Shown: piece by piece, positions 11,228 through 22,275 of the stretch
Numbering within the stretch: position 1 is the first letter of the stretch
Layout: the number at the start of each line of letters is the position of its first letter
Position numbers and translations under genes: made by a program
Notes under the pieces: generated by a model
The model's input: the letters and a program-made list of their open reading frames with translations, nothing else
What the model was told of the DNA's origin: nothing
The model's database searches: none
DNA from: Macrostomum lignano
Taxonomy: Eukaryota
Reading direction: 5' to 3'
Length of the DNA: 43,269 nt
NCBI GenBank assembly: GCA_002269645.1
Contig: NIVC01001572.1
Location: 1 to 43,269 of the forward strand

Positions 11228-11392
11228 TGTAAGATGGTTTGCTTAGTTGATTGCGTGTGCGCGCGTTCACTAGCTCTTATGTACATTTGCTCGCTGTACA
11301 ATGATAATATATAAGTGAATGCCTTGGCGCCCTGGGCAGCCAAGAGTCGGTCTACGCCTTAAGCCAATTTCTCGTTTTCGCTTGTTCTTACA
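11228..11392 (+). repeat. 3' LTR (165 bp)
   Basis: 164/165 identical to the 5' LTR; followed by the TSD TATC. Confidence 0.97.
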
Positions 11393-11664
11393 TATCTGCT
11401 CATTGATGTGAGCAGTTGAAACTGTTGTATCTGCTCATTGATGTGAGCAGTTGAAACTGTTGTATCTGCTCATTGATGTGAGCAGTTGAAACTGTTGTAT
11501 CTGCTCATTGATGTGAGCAGTTGAAACTGTTGTATCTGCTCATTGATGTGAGCAGTTGAAACTGTTGTATCTGCTCATTGATGTGAGCAGTTGAAACTGT
11601 TGTATCTGCTCATTGATGTGAGCAGTTGAAACTGTTGTATCTGCTCATTGATGCCAGCAGTTGA
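11393..11664. repeat. 35-bp minisatellite (TATCTGCTCATTGATGTGAGCAGTTGAAACTGTTG), 7 full copies plus 1 partial
   Basis: Exact 35-bp period with no spacers; internal inverted repeat CTGCTCA-N6-TGAGCAG. Confidence 0.95.
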
Positions 11665-11782
11665 AAATGTCACTGAAGCAGAAGCAAATGTTACTGAATG
11701 ATAAGCAAATGTCACTGAATGATAAGCAAATGTCACTGAAGCAGAAGCAAATTTCACTGAAGCAGAAGCAAATGTCACTGAA
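11665..11782. repeat. 21-bp minisatellite (AAATGTCACTGAAGCAGAAGC), about 5.5 copies
   Basis: Direct tandem repeat with two unit variants. Confidence 0.85.
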
Positions 11783-11948
11783 TATTTCAAAGCAAGACTG
11801 AGAACTTTACTCACTCAATGTTGCCACGCGGCCGAGTAGATCGGAAGTAAAAAAATAGATTTCTTGGCTACCATAGACAAGCACCAAAGTGCATGCAGAC
11901 ATGTTTAAGCAGCTAATCTGCCGGGTTTTCTGTCAAGCATCGGAGCAG

Positions 11949-12638
11949 ATGGAGCAGCTGCCTGTCGAGCTGCTCACGCAGATCCTGTCCGAGCTGGACC
12001 AGACCAGCCTCGGCCGGTGCGCTCAGCTGAGCAGGCGCTGGCGGCAAATCGTTGCCCAGCCGTGGCTGTGGCGCCGAATTCGAATCCGCGCCAACCCGTC
12101 GGTCAATCCAAACCTGATCGCCCGCCTGACCGCCTGGCTGTCCGCCTCGCTGCTGGAGCTCCGCGCCGACCGGCTGATCGCTCTGGAGCTGGCGCCACTG
12201 CTGAGCAAGTCGAAGAACCTGCAGAAATTCACCTTGGAGAAGCCGCAGAACGAAGCGGACCACGCGGACAGGGACCGGCGGCCTGGGCCGAACCCGCTGT
12301 CCGTTCTGGGCCGCTGCTGCCCCCGCCTGCGCAGTCTGCGGCTGCACTACTCCGGCTGGCTGTTTACCGAGGACGCGGCCAAGCAGCTGCTGGCCGGCTG
12401 TCCGAGCCTGGCCGAGCTGGACTTCCGCGAGTATTCGAACTTTTCAACCGCGAACTCGAACCTCGTGTCGCTGCTGGCGGGCATCATCGGCCGGCTGACT
12501 TCGCTGCACCTGGAGGTGAGCCATCGGCTGGTGCGGCAGGTTGTCTCTGTTCTGCCGGAGTGCCCAAGTCTAAGCAGTGTGACTCTGAGCCCCATCTTCC
12601 TGCTTGGTAAGCGACCGTCAGTCAGTCAGTCAGCCAGC

Positions 12639-12679
<41 letters not shown>

Positions 12680-12764
12680 AGTCAGTCAGCCAGTCAGTCA
12701 GCCAGACGGTCAGTCAGTCAGTCAGTCAGACGGTCAGTCAGTCAGTCAGTCAGTCAGTCAGTCA

Positions 12765-12850
<86 letters not shown>

Positions 12851-12904
12851 TAGTCAGTCAGTCAGTCAGTCAGTCAGTCAGTCAGCCAGCCAGCCAGTCA
12901 GTCA

Positions 12905-12941
<37 letters not shown>

Positions 12942-13312
12942 CCAGTCAGTCAGTCAGTCAGCCAGTCAGTCAGCCAGACGGTCAGTCAGTCAGTCAGTCA
13001 GTCAGTCAGTCAGTCAGTCAGTCAGACTGTCAGTCAGCCAGTCTGTCAGTCAGTCAGTCAGCCAGTCAGTCAGTCTGTCAGTCAGTCAGTCCGTCAGTCA
13101 GCCAGACGGTCAGTCAGTCAGTCAGTCAGCCAGTCAGCCAGTCAGTCAGTCAGTCAGTCAGTCAGTCAGTCAGTCAGTCAGTCAGTCAGTCAGTCAGTCA
13201 GTCAGTCAGTCAGTCAGCCAGTCAGTCAGTCAGTCAGTCAGTCTGTCAGTCAGTTAGTCAGTCAGTCAGTCAGTCAGTCAGTCAGTCAGTCAGCCAGCCA
13301 GCCAGTCAGTCA

Positions 13313-13365
<53 letters not shown>

Positions 13366-15370
13366 CCAGTCAGTCAGTCAGTCAGCCAGTCAGTCAGCCA
13401 GACGGTCAGTCAGTCAGTCAGTCAGTCAGACGGTCAGTCAGTCAGTCAGTCAGTCAGTCAGTCAGTCAGTCAGTCAGTCAGTCAGTCAGTCAGTCAGTCA
13501 GTCAGTCAGTCAGTCAGTCAGTCAGTCAGTCAGTCAGTCAGTCAGCCAGTCTGTCAGTCAGTCAGTCAGCCAGTCAGTCAGTCTGTCAGTCAGTCAGTCC
13601 GTCAGTCAGCCAGACGGTCAGTCAGTCAGTCAGTCAGCCAGTCAGCCAGTCAGTCAGTCAGTCAGTCAGTCAGTCAGTCAGTCAGTCAGTCAGTCAGTCA
13701 GTCAGTCAGTCAGTCAGTCAGTCAGCCAGTCAGTCAGTCAGTCAGTCAGTCTGTCAGTCAGTTAGTCAGTCAGTCAGTCAGTCAGTCAGTCAGTCAGTCA
13801 GCCAGCCAGTCAGTCAGTCAGTCAGCCAGTCAGTCAGTCAGTCAGTCAGTCAGTCAGTCAGTCAGTCAGTCAGTCAGTCTGTCTGTCTGTCGCATTCGCA
13901 GAATTCCGGCAGCTGCTGTCCCGCCTGCCCCGCCTGGCGGAGCTGGCTCTGCCCTACTCAAATATCAACAACTCGATGGCGGAGCTGCTGATCCACCCCC
14001 TCCACGGCGGCGGCATTCACGGCCTCCGGCTGGACTTCTGCACCCAGCTGACTGCCGACAGATTCGGCCGCCTGGCGGCTGCCTGCCCGCGGCTGCGCAG
14101 CCTCTGCATCGGCGAATGCCGCGTCCTGGACGGTGCGGCCTACCGGCTGCTGGTTGACCGCCTGCCCGCCGGTGTGGAGGAGCTGCGGATCGTCCGGTTC
14201 ACGCGCTGCCGCCTGGCCGATGCGGACTTGGCCGCCCCGCTGCCGGTGGGTCTCCGGCAGCTGTGCCTGCGCATCTGCCCGCTGCTGGAGCTGGAGGACT
14301 TCGCTGGCCTGGGGCTGTCCGAGGGCCTGCGGGCCTGCCAGGGTGAGCGGCGGCTGTCTGGCCTGTTTGTGCCAAGGACTACTGATGCAGAAGGACGGGA
14401 AACTTGGTTTCTTAACAATTGTGTGGACTGTTTGAGCTGCGGAGAATCCTGCCCCCCCCCCACAATGATTTCTTCAATCCTTAAGGTAAAGGAGAAAGAA
14501 TAGAATATGAGAGATAAGAGAAGAGGCGAAATATGGGATGAGAAAAAATGTAAGATAAGAGGAGAGAAGACGGGAGAGAAGAGCGAAGAGAGGATAAGGG
14601 AGGGAAGAGGTGGAGAGGGGAGAGAGGAAAGGAGAGGAGAGGAGAGGAGAGGAGAGAGAAAGAGGGAGAGAGAAGACAAGAAAGAAAAGAGGGAACTGAC
14701 ACCAACCTTTAGCTGGTCGGATTGCTATTGTGAAGTTTCAATGGATCCGAGCGAGGGCCGGATAAAAGAGGTTTCTTAGAAACCTTTAACCTTTAACCTT
14801 AGAAACCCTTAAACTCATGCAGCAGTTTGAGAGTCGTGCGGCACTCCGCCCTCCGCAGGCCTGACCCACCTCACCCTGGACGTGTGCCACGACGACCGCC
14901 TACCGGCTCTGCTCGTCCAGCTGCCCCGCCTGCGCTGCCTCCGCCTCCTCGACTGCCGGCGCCTCACCGGCCGGGCCTGGGCGAACCTGCGGACCGTTCA
15001 AAACTGCTCAGCGGACCTGCTCGAGCTCAGGGTGCTGCTCTACCCTGAGGCTGACCGCGAGCCTTACAAATCCGAGCCCAGCCTCACCGATGAGGCAATT
15101 GCTGACCTGTGCGCCAGTCCGGTTGCCAGGGGCCTGCGGCGGCTGTGGCTGTCTGGCTGCACCCAGCTGACCCCCGCTGCCCTGGCCAGTATCCGGAATG
15201 GCTGCCCGTGGCTGCAGCAGCTGGTCATTGCCGGCTGCGACGCCTTGACTGAGGCCGCAGTTGCAGCTTTCCAGTCTGCCTACGAGCAGCCCGTCCTCGT
15301 GGCCTCGGGCAGCGATGCGAAAGAGCTGATTCTGGATGCCTACCTGACTCTGATGGAGCCGGAGGTTTAG
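11949..15370 (+). CDS. F-box/leucine-rich-repeat protein (FBXL-like), 3 exons: 11949-12606, 13902-14342, 14859-15370; 536 aa (alternative ATG at 11901)
   Basis: N-terminal F-box LPVELLTQILSELDQTSLGRCAQLSRRWRQIV, followed by many cysteine-type LRRs (CPRLRSLRL, CPSLAELDF, CPRLRSLCI, CPWLQQLVI). Phase-1 introns G|gtaagc..ttcgcag|AA and G|gtgagc..ccgcag|GC join into one open 1611-nt CDS. Confidence 0.88.
12617..13890. repeat. (GTCA)n microsatellite, about 1.27 kb, filling intron 1 of the F-box/LRR gene
   Basis: Tetranucleotide repeat with GCCA, GTCT and GACG variants. Confidence 0.97.
14505..14700. repeat. Purine-rich low-complexity tract (GAGAG/AGGAG) in intron 2 of the F-box/LRR gene
   Basis: Almost entirely A/G on the plus strand. 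Confidence 0.8.
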
Positions 15371-15435
15371 CGTGTCTGCGGCTTCTCTGAGTGGTTTTTA
15401 CAGTTTTCAGAGCGACTGCAGCTTTCTGCTCTCCA

Positions 15436-15441
15436 AATAAA
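15436..15441 (+). terminator. Candidate polyadenylation signal AATAAA of the F-box/LRR gene
   Basis: AATAAA lies 65 nt downstream of the TAG stop. Confidence 0.45.
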
Positions 15442-16935
15442 CGCGGCCCATTTATTTCGCAATGCCTGTCTAAATTCAATACGCACCGACTTTATTGATG
15501 GAGTTTAACTTTCATTTGAGTTGTTGTGAAGGCTGTCAGCTCTCCTCCATTTGGTCTCAGCAACTGTGCGACCAGAAGCAGTCTCTTACGCCGCGTTCCA
15601 TTCTACGCTCCTTCACATTCATTTGCGGCTTGTCGTGTCACCTGTCCGAGGCTGGACGGTACGAGAGGACACAATGGTGAGCCTGGAGCGAGGGGACCAA
15701 AGTTAAGAAGTAGGCCCCAACGTTGCGGACGCTATCCTTTGTCTAAGGCTCCCAGCGTAGCTCGGCTCACAGCAGCATCAACTATCTCAGCAGTGCGAAC
15801 ATCAACAATCAGCCGATCAGCCCAGGACAGCAAGACCAGTTCAGCAGGAGTTCATTGTGCTCGCCCGCCTAACGGGATGCACAGGTGAAAATTAGAAAGT
15901 TCAGCCTGCTGAAGTTGGCTTGCACTGGGAACGTCGGGCTCCCACGAAAACTGCTGAGATCAGCGCCCAAGACCTGCAACAGCGATACAGCTGCAACACT
16001 GGTGGAGCCGCCGAATGACGCACAACGGCCGGATCCGATCTCGCTGTTCACATGGCATGCAGGCATCCAAACTTTCACACCAAAAATAATTCCCAGACTT
16101 TCTTGCTATTGGGTTGCTCTCGAACTCTTTTGCATCTCTTGCTATTGGTTTGAAATAGCGCTGACTGAGGCAGATTTTATTGTTCCAATTTTCCAACTTG
16201 CGATCGAGCAAACTGGCGGCCTAACAGCTTGTGGTCGAAACTTTCGGTTGAACAGCAGAACCATGTACCAACCGATACTAACTGAGATAACAGCCTATGG
16301 TGTGTGTGTGAGTGCGTGGAGCATTGACAAGCTACTGCCCCATCACGGCAAGGTGATGCTTGCCTTACTTACCTGGAGCTCGGCTTAATTTGCCCAATAA
16401 ACTCGTGCCCAATGGACTCATTTAGAAAGCATACGAGTACAGCAATAACAAATATCTCATTTTTAATTTAGTGTCCTTTTGGGTGATTAGCCAGAGTCTT
16501 AATTATTGTCGCGAGCATCCACGCACGATCGCACATGGTCCTCCATATTTTAGAGTAGAATTTGAGAACCTCACTTTCCAGACGAACGATTTACGAGCGT
16601 CTTTGTCAGTAGCAAGTAGCTCACAGCAGGGTTAGGGTCACGGGGTTATATTTAACCCTCACGAAGTACTTTTATTCGATTGCCAAAGAAGAGCTCTCGG
16701 CCATAGACTACCATAAGAGAATCCGCCTGGGTGATCAGCTGCTGCAGCTCTGGCAGCTGGCTGCTGCATCAGTCTGAGCAGCTCGGCTGCGCCCCGACCC
16801 ACGCATTTTTTCACCGCCGAGAGCTCAGCGCGGGTGGCCACAGCGCGCCTTCAATTCTCCTGCATGGCCTCGCCGAGACCGGCCACCGACTTGCCGCTGC
16901 TTTGAACAAGACGAAGCAGCTTTCAGGCTCGCAGC

Positions 16936-18527
16936 ATGGCCAGGGTGGCAGCTCGCGAGCAGCTCCTGAGCAGCTCGGTGGCACCAACTCAAGACTGCGA
17001 CAGCGTCTGCAGCACCCTGTCTGACTGCTCACTCATCGACTGCGGCCGCAACTTCCACCGGCGGCCGCACGGGAGGAGCCGCCAGCTGCAGCGGCCCTCG
17101 AACTCGCCTCCCCTGCCGCCGCCACCGCCGCCCGCCAGGGCCTCGCCGACGTCTCTGCGGTCGCCGTCGCCTTCTCTGCCGCCACCGCCGTCGGACTGTT
17201 GCGACAATTTTGACGACAGCGTCGCGGACTTTCACCTCGGCCAAGCTGGCGGCGCCGATCAGAATTTCTTGCTGAAGAACGAGGGCGAGGGCGACGCTCT
17301 CAGCAGCAGCAGCGGCGGCAGCAGCCTCAGCGAGCTGTCCGAGGACCGGGCCACCTTCCGGTCGACGGTCGTGCGGCAGTTCGAGGCCGACCTGGACAAG
17401 CTCGAGCAGGCAGTAGCGCAGCGGGTCGGCGGCGGCGATGCCGGTCGCAGGCGGCTCCACCGGCAGCTGACGGCAGCGTCTACTCGGTGGTGAAGAGCGG
17501 CTGCCTCAGGCTGCTGCTCAGCCGGGTCCTGCCGCCCATCCTGGAGCGCTTCGAGCAGCGGCTCATGGGCGGCCTCATGTCCGCCGGCCTCCTGGCAGCG
17601 GAGCAGCCGCAGCTGACCAGCTCGCGGACCCGCACGCCGGAGAGCTCCTGCAAGCAGCAGCGACTGGTCGGCTCGGTCCAGACTTCTCAGCGACCGCTCA
17701 CTGCGCAGAAGCAGCCGCCGCAGCCGGCCCCAAAGCCCGCGCCTCGGCTCCTGAGAAAGCCATCAGCGGTTGAGCTGCAGGCCCACCCGCGCACTCGAAG
17801 CTCGCTGCAGCCGCCCCCGCCGCCGCCGCCGCCGCGAACTCCGTCTGCGCCTCTCCTCCACCTGCACCAGCAGCAGCTTCACCAGCCCTGCGGCCTGCAG
17901 CAGCAGCGGGTGTCATCGCCCTACTTCCTCACCCAGACGGCGCATCGCCAGTTCCAGCAGGCCCCGCTGACAGTCAGGAACAACTCCAGCCTGGTGAAGG
18001 CTTCGTCACCGCCGCCGCCGCCACCGCCAAAACCGGCGCCAAAGCCGCCGCCTGCGCTGATCGCCGCGGAGCCAGCGAAACCCGCAGCTGCCGGTGGCCA
18101 CCCGCGGCAGCAGCCACTGCGGTCCCGCAGCACCACCGCCGTGACATCCGCCGCCACGGCCTCCGCGGCCACCGCCGCCACCACATCCGTCACCACCGCC
18201 AGCGCCGCGGCCGCTTGCCACCTCGTACACGCCTTCACGGTGCGGGACAGCCCGAGCCTGCGCGAAATCCTCAGCGACCCTGGCGACCGCAAGGTGAAGA
18301 GCATCAGCCAGCGCTACGGCTGCTACATCGGCGTCTTCCAGCGGGCGCGGCGGCCCGGCCACGTCCCCCTGCACCGCGTGGTGGTCCGGGCGCCGGGCGA
18401 GAAGGCGCTGCGGATGTGCCTGCACGCGCTGGACAACGGGCTGGGCTGGGACCTCGGCTCGCAGCTCGGCAGGAAAAATTCCGGAGCCTCCAATGGCACC
18501 GCATTGTCCTCGTCAACTTCTAAGTAG
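16936..18527 (+). CDS. Hypothetical Pro/Ser/Gln-rich protein with C-terminal KH-like domain; two overlapping ORFs (16936-17493, 17487-18527), likely one gene with a frameshift or small intron; start uncertain
   Basis: GC3-rich codon style throughout. Helical segment FEADLDKLEQAVAQ / LRLLLSRVLPPILERFEQRL. Terminal globular region HLVHAFTV..LREIL..PGDRKVKSISQRYGCYIGV..HRVVVRAPGEKALRMCLHAL. Confidence 0.6.
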
Positions 18528-19268
18528 AGTAGGTTTGGAGCAACCCGACAGTCTGTTTAATGTGTAACCGGCTGAGTTCAGAACTTTTTTGCGTCACAGC
18601 AGCACCCCAGCCTGAGTTGCATCTTTAATTGCAGCCCCCCCCCACATTCTACTGTTTAGGTGCTTCTGTTCCCTCCTTATTTCTAATTAACTTTGTACAG
18701 GCAAAGCAAGCAGTCTCGTGAGTCAGTTTCATTAATATCAATATTTTATCACTTAAAACCTCCCTGTCGCTATGCGGAACCCGCAAAGAATCGAAGATGA
18801 AGATCGGCAGAGGGGCGAGCTGGAAACAATTTTTATTCGAGTCATTTTTGTTCTCCACCAAACAGTGGGGAGCCGCGCCAAGGCGCACGGGCTCCCCAAT
18901 TTTTTGTAAGCATTTTCAGTGAAGCCGCAGTTTTTGTGAAATACACAGCTCGGGTTGAAGCAGTCCGCAATGCAGAGATGAGGATTTTCCTTCTAGTTTC
19001 CCCGGCGGAAAAGTGCAGACAAGAAAAGTTGCACATCTGTCTCGATGCAGTTGGTTCCTCTTCACTTTTAAGTAGAATTCTTTAACAAAAATATTGACAT
19101 TTGGAATCGGTGAGACAATGAAGGCTGTGCTGTGACGGGTTATCTAGACGTATATATTGAAAATGCAAATTTGAGTGCAGCAACATGTTCCGCGGCTCGC
19201 AGTGGGTATGATGGCAATTAAAATCTGTCTATGACAACAAAAATAGTTACCAATGGCAACCGGGCAAC

Positions 19269-19640
19269 AGGGCTCAGGGTCGTCAAGGTAAACATTGGCC
19301 GTTGCTACAGGGCTCAGGGTCGTCAAGGTAAACATTGGCCGTTGCTATAGGACCCAGGGTCGTCAAGGTAAACATTGGCCGTTGCTACAGGACCCAGGGT
19401 CGTCAAGGTAAACATTGGCCGTTGCTACAGGACCCAGGGTCGTCAAGGTAAACATTGGCCGTTGCTACAGGACCCAGGGTCGTCAAGGTAAACATTGGCC
19501 GTTGCTACAGGACCCAGGGTCGTCAAGGTAAACATTGGCCGTTGCTACAGGGCTCAGGGTCGTCAAGGTAAACATTGGCCGTTGCTATAGGACCCAGGGT
19601 CGTCAAGGTAAACATTGGCCGTTGCTACAGGGCTCAGGGT
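19269..19640. repeat. 40-bp minisatellite (CAGGGTCGTCAAGGTAAACATTGGCCGTTGCTACAGGACC), about 9 copies
   Basis: Direct tandem repeat with an exact 40-bp period. Confidence 0.95.
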
Positions 19641-19729
19641 GCAGCAAGAAAATCACGCATCACAGAGTTTTGTTAAACTGAGGCAAGCAATGTACATGTG
19701 CAGTCGAAATCAGCTGAGGCCTTGGTTTC

Positions 19730-22214
19730 CTAGGCAACGCTGCCAGGCGCTGCGGCCGAAGACGCGCTGCTGGACGTCGCGACGGTCGTCAGAGCCGTTG
19801 GAATCCTCTCGGCCGACGACGCCGCGGCAGTGGAGCTGACCGGCACCGGAGCAGAGCCGAGCAGCAGCGCCATCAGCAGCGCCTGCTGATCAGGGCGCGC
19901 CGTCTCCAGCGCGGTCGCTGCCGCCCGGAAGGCCCGCAGCGCGGGCAGAAGGCGCGGCTGGTTTTCCAGGCGGGAGACAATTTCTGTGAGTTGGCGGAGG
20001 CAATGAAGGGTGGAGTGAGACGGTGTGACTCATCTGAATAGTAGGCATTAGTCATTATTGGCACACAACCAGCGCTCAAGGACCACTAGGATGCGCTAAT
20101 ATCCATACTGTACGCAGACACACACTACACTACTCGTACTTGTTTGTCTAGAAGTCTGCAACCCCCAGTTGTAGCCTAGTGGCTAGAGAGCGTCGGACTC
20201 TCGACTTGAAGGTAGGGGGTTCGATTTCCGATCCCAATGGAACAATTTGAGTCCTTAAGCAAGACACTTGTAACTCTGCATTGCTTCAGTTCACCCAGCT
20301 GTAAAATGGGTGCCAGCATTAGCTGGGGTAATTGAGGGTGTGTGGTGACCCTTCAGTCCTTGGACTGAACAGCCGTACGCAGCCTTCAGATGCACCGCGC
20401 AATGGCTGCGGCTGAGCTGTCGGTTGCACATCGAACCCACTTTTGGCAGGTGTAATCAATTATTATTATTATTATTATTATTATATTAATAAATGTCTAG
20501 ATGTCTAAAACAAGGCCAACAATTTCTCAAGGTTTATCCGGGTGCCAGTTGGATTCCCATCTGCAAATCAGGGACATCTTGAATACACGCTGCTTGTGTT
20601 GCTGCCTGTTTGAGGCCACTCAGTCTGCGCCGTCCCGCGCCAGGGAGTTCTGAAAATAGAATCTGGAACGGCGGCAGGCTCACTATAGCTTTTCGTAAAT
20701 ATTTACCCATCTTAAAGGTCTCGAAAATGTGCCCCCGTGCAGCAGTGGCTTGCGGGCTTGTGGAGGAACTACTCTGGGTGTCCCCGAACCAGATGTTTAG
20801 CTCGGGATGCCCATGGCCCAGCAGCCGCTCGTGCGACTCCAACAACCCAGTGAGGCTCCATTGTACAGCGTGTCTCACTGCTCCACTAATTGCGAACCCA
20901 GCCGCCCATTGTCTTGAGAGCTGAAGCATTTTCGCTCTCGCACGTGGCCCCGCTGCAATCTGCGGCTCTGTGAGCCGACTGGCAGCACGTTTCACGGCGC
21001 CCCATCTGCAGCTGGCTCGGAAATTAGGGCTCCGAGCCTGGCGGCGCCCCGCATGCGTTTGCTCTGCGCAATGACCCCATGCTTGCCCCAGGCCTGCGAA
21101 AACTTCTCTTTACGAGCCTTGTTTATTAGGGTAGGCTAAAAGAGCGAAGGACAATGGCAGCGTCTGAGACTGCTTGTGCGTCTGCGCTTCTTTCGTAGTA
21201 AGAGAGGGCTGCAGCAGCCCCCTACCCTCTCTATCTGATCTTCTACTGTCAGCACAGGGGCTCATTGTCACGGGTCAGCCTATTCTTCTCTGCAGATGGA
21301 GTGTTTCTCAGCTTTACTCAGTCAGACCACCGCACCCAGTGCTCTGGAAAATGCGACAACCAACCAACTGATAAACAATTCTCGGGCTCGAAAGCAGAGT
21401 TTAGAAGCAAAATTAGCACTGGCTCTGCTCACGCTCTTCCGAGTGGCTGCTCAACAGGAAGATGAAGTCGCTGATGACGTCCTTTCTGGAGTTGAGAACC
21501 ACGTCCAGAATTACGGAGCAGAACTCGGCCATCTCGGCCAGCAGGGAGTCTGGAATGATGGGGTTGATGAAGCTGCTTGCAAGCTGGGCTCTGCAATTCT
21601 AGTTGCAATTCTAGTCAATTCTAGTTTTATCGATTCTTTAAGAACTTTCTGAGCATGTTTAATAAAGGCTATGATTCCTCTGACTGGCATCCGCCTCGCC
21701 CTCCCTGAATATTGACCCACCTGACTGGCGCCCCCCCCCCCAAGGACAGCGCCGCTCCTCCAAACTTCCAGACTCACTCATTCTCCCATCGGGGTCGGCC
21801 TGGTCAACGCGGTGCTCGGCCGCGTACCGCTTCATCCGACAGCCGAGCTCGAAGGCCAGGTGGCTCATCGAGGTGGTGCCGGCCTGGCGCAGAGTCTGCG
21901 AGTTCACCAGGAAGTGGCGCGTCACGGACAGCAGCAGGATGTGCTTCCAGTTGGCGAAGGCGGCACCGCTGCCAACCCCGGGTGCGGCCTCGGTCTCGCG
22001 GCTCCAGCGGAAGATGCACATCAGGCAGACCTTCTCGAGCTCCGTCAGGCAGCCGGCCAGGCCGTCCGACTTGTCGATGGCTTCGCGCACGAGGTCCAGG
22101 CTGACAGGCAGCGGGTGTGCCAGTCCGCTGGACAGCAGGCGGAGCGCTTGAGACGGATCTGACGAATCCGCCTGCTGCTGCTGCTGCTGCTGCACTGGAT
22201 GAGGCGGGTACTGA

Positions 22215-22275
<61 letters not shown>

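Larger units (their letters stand above)
5995..11392 (+). mobile_element. Full-length, young Ty3/gypsy LTR retrotransposon (5398 bp)
   Basis: Paired TG..CA LTRs, 4-bp TSD TATC (5991-5994 and 11393-11396), PBS, PPT, gag, and pol with PR-RT-RH-IN. Confidence 0.98.

Noticed and set aside
11393-11664. CRISPR-like array (35-bp palindromic repeats)
   Set aside because: Units are head-to-tail with no spacers, there are no cas genes and the context is eukaryotic. The same applies to the 31-, 40- and 42-bp arrays.
11889-13991. 700-aa ORF as a real protein
   Set aside because: The middle is a (GTCA)n microsatellite bounded by good splice sites; splicing gives a coherent F-box/LRR protein.
14775-14815. 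Telomere-like repeat (AACCTTT/AACCCTT)
   Set aside because: Only 3-4 imperfect units, intronic; not a TTAGGG array.
15667-15702. Collagen-like G-X-Y stretch (GHNGEPGARGPK)
   Set aside because: Only four triplets, with no supporting exon structure.
15885-16388. 167-aa ORF
   Set aside because: No recognisable motif, and codon style unlike the GC3-rich genes; could be a transposon remnant but cannot be supported.
20165-20235. tRNA gene
   Set aside because: A and B boxes are present, but no convincing acceptor stem, and it continues into CORE and tail sequence; it is a SINE head.
20534-20995. 153-aa minus-strand ORF as a missing LBD exon
   Set aside because: No LBD-like pattern; the 21590-21433 exon fits the splice phase and helix pattern better.
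21296-21652. 118-aa plus-strand ORF
   Set aside because: Antisense shadow of the predicted receptor exon 5.
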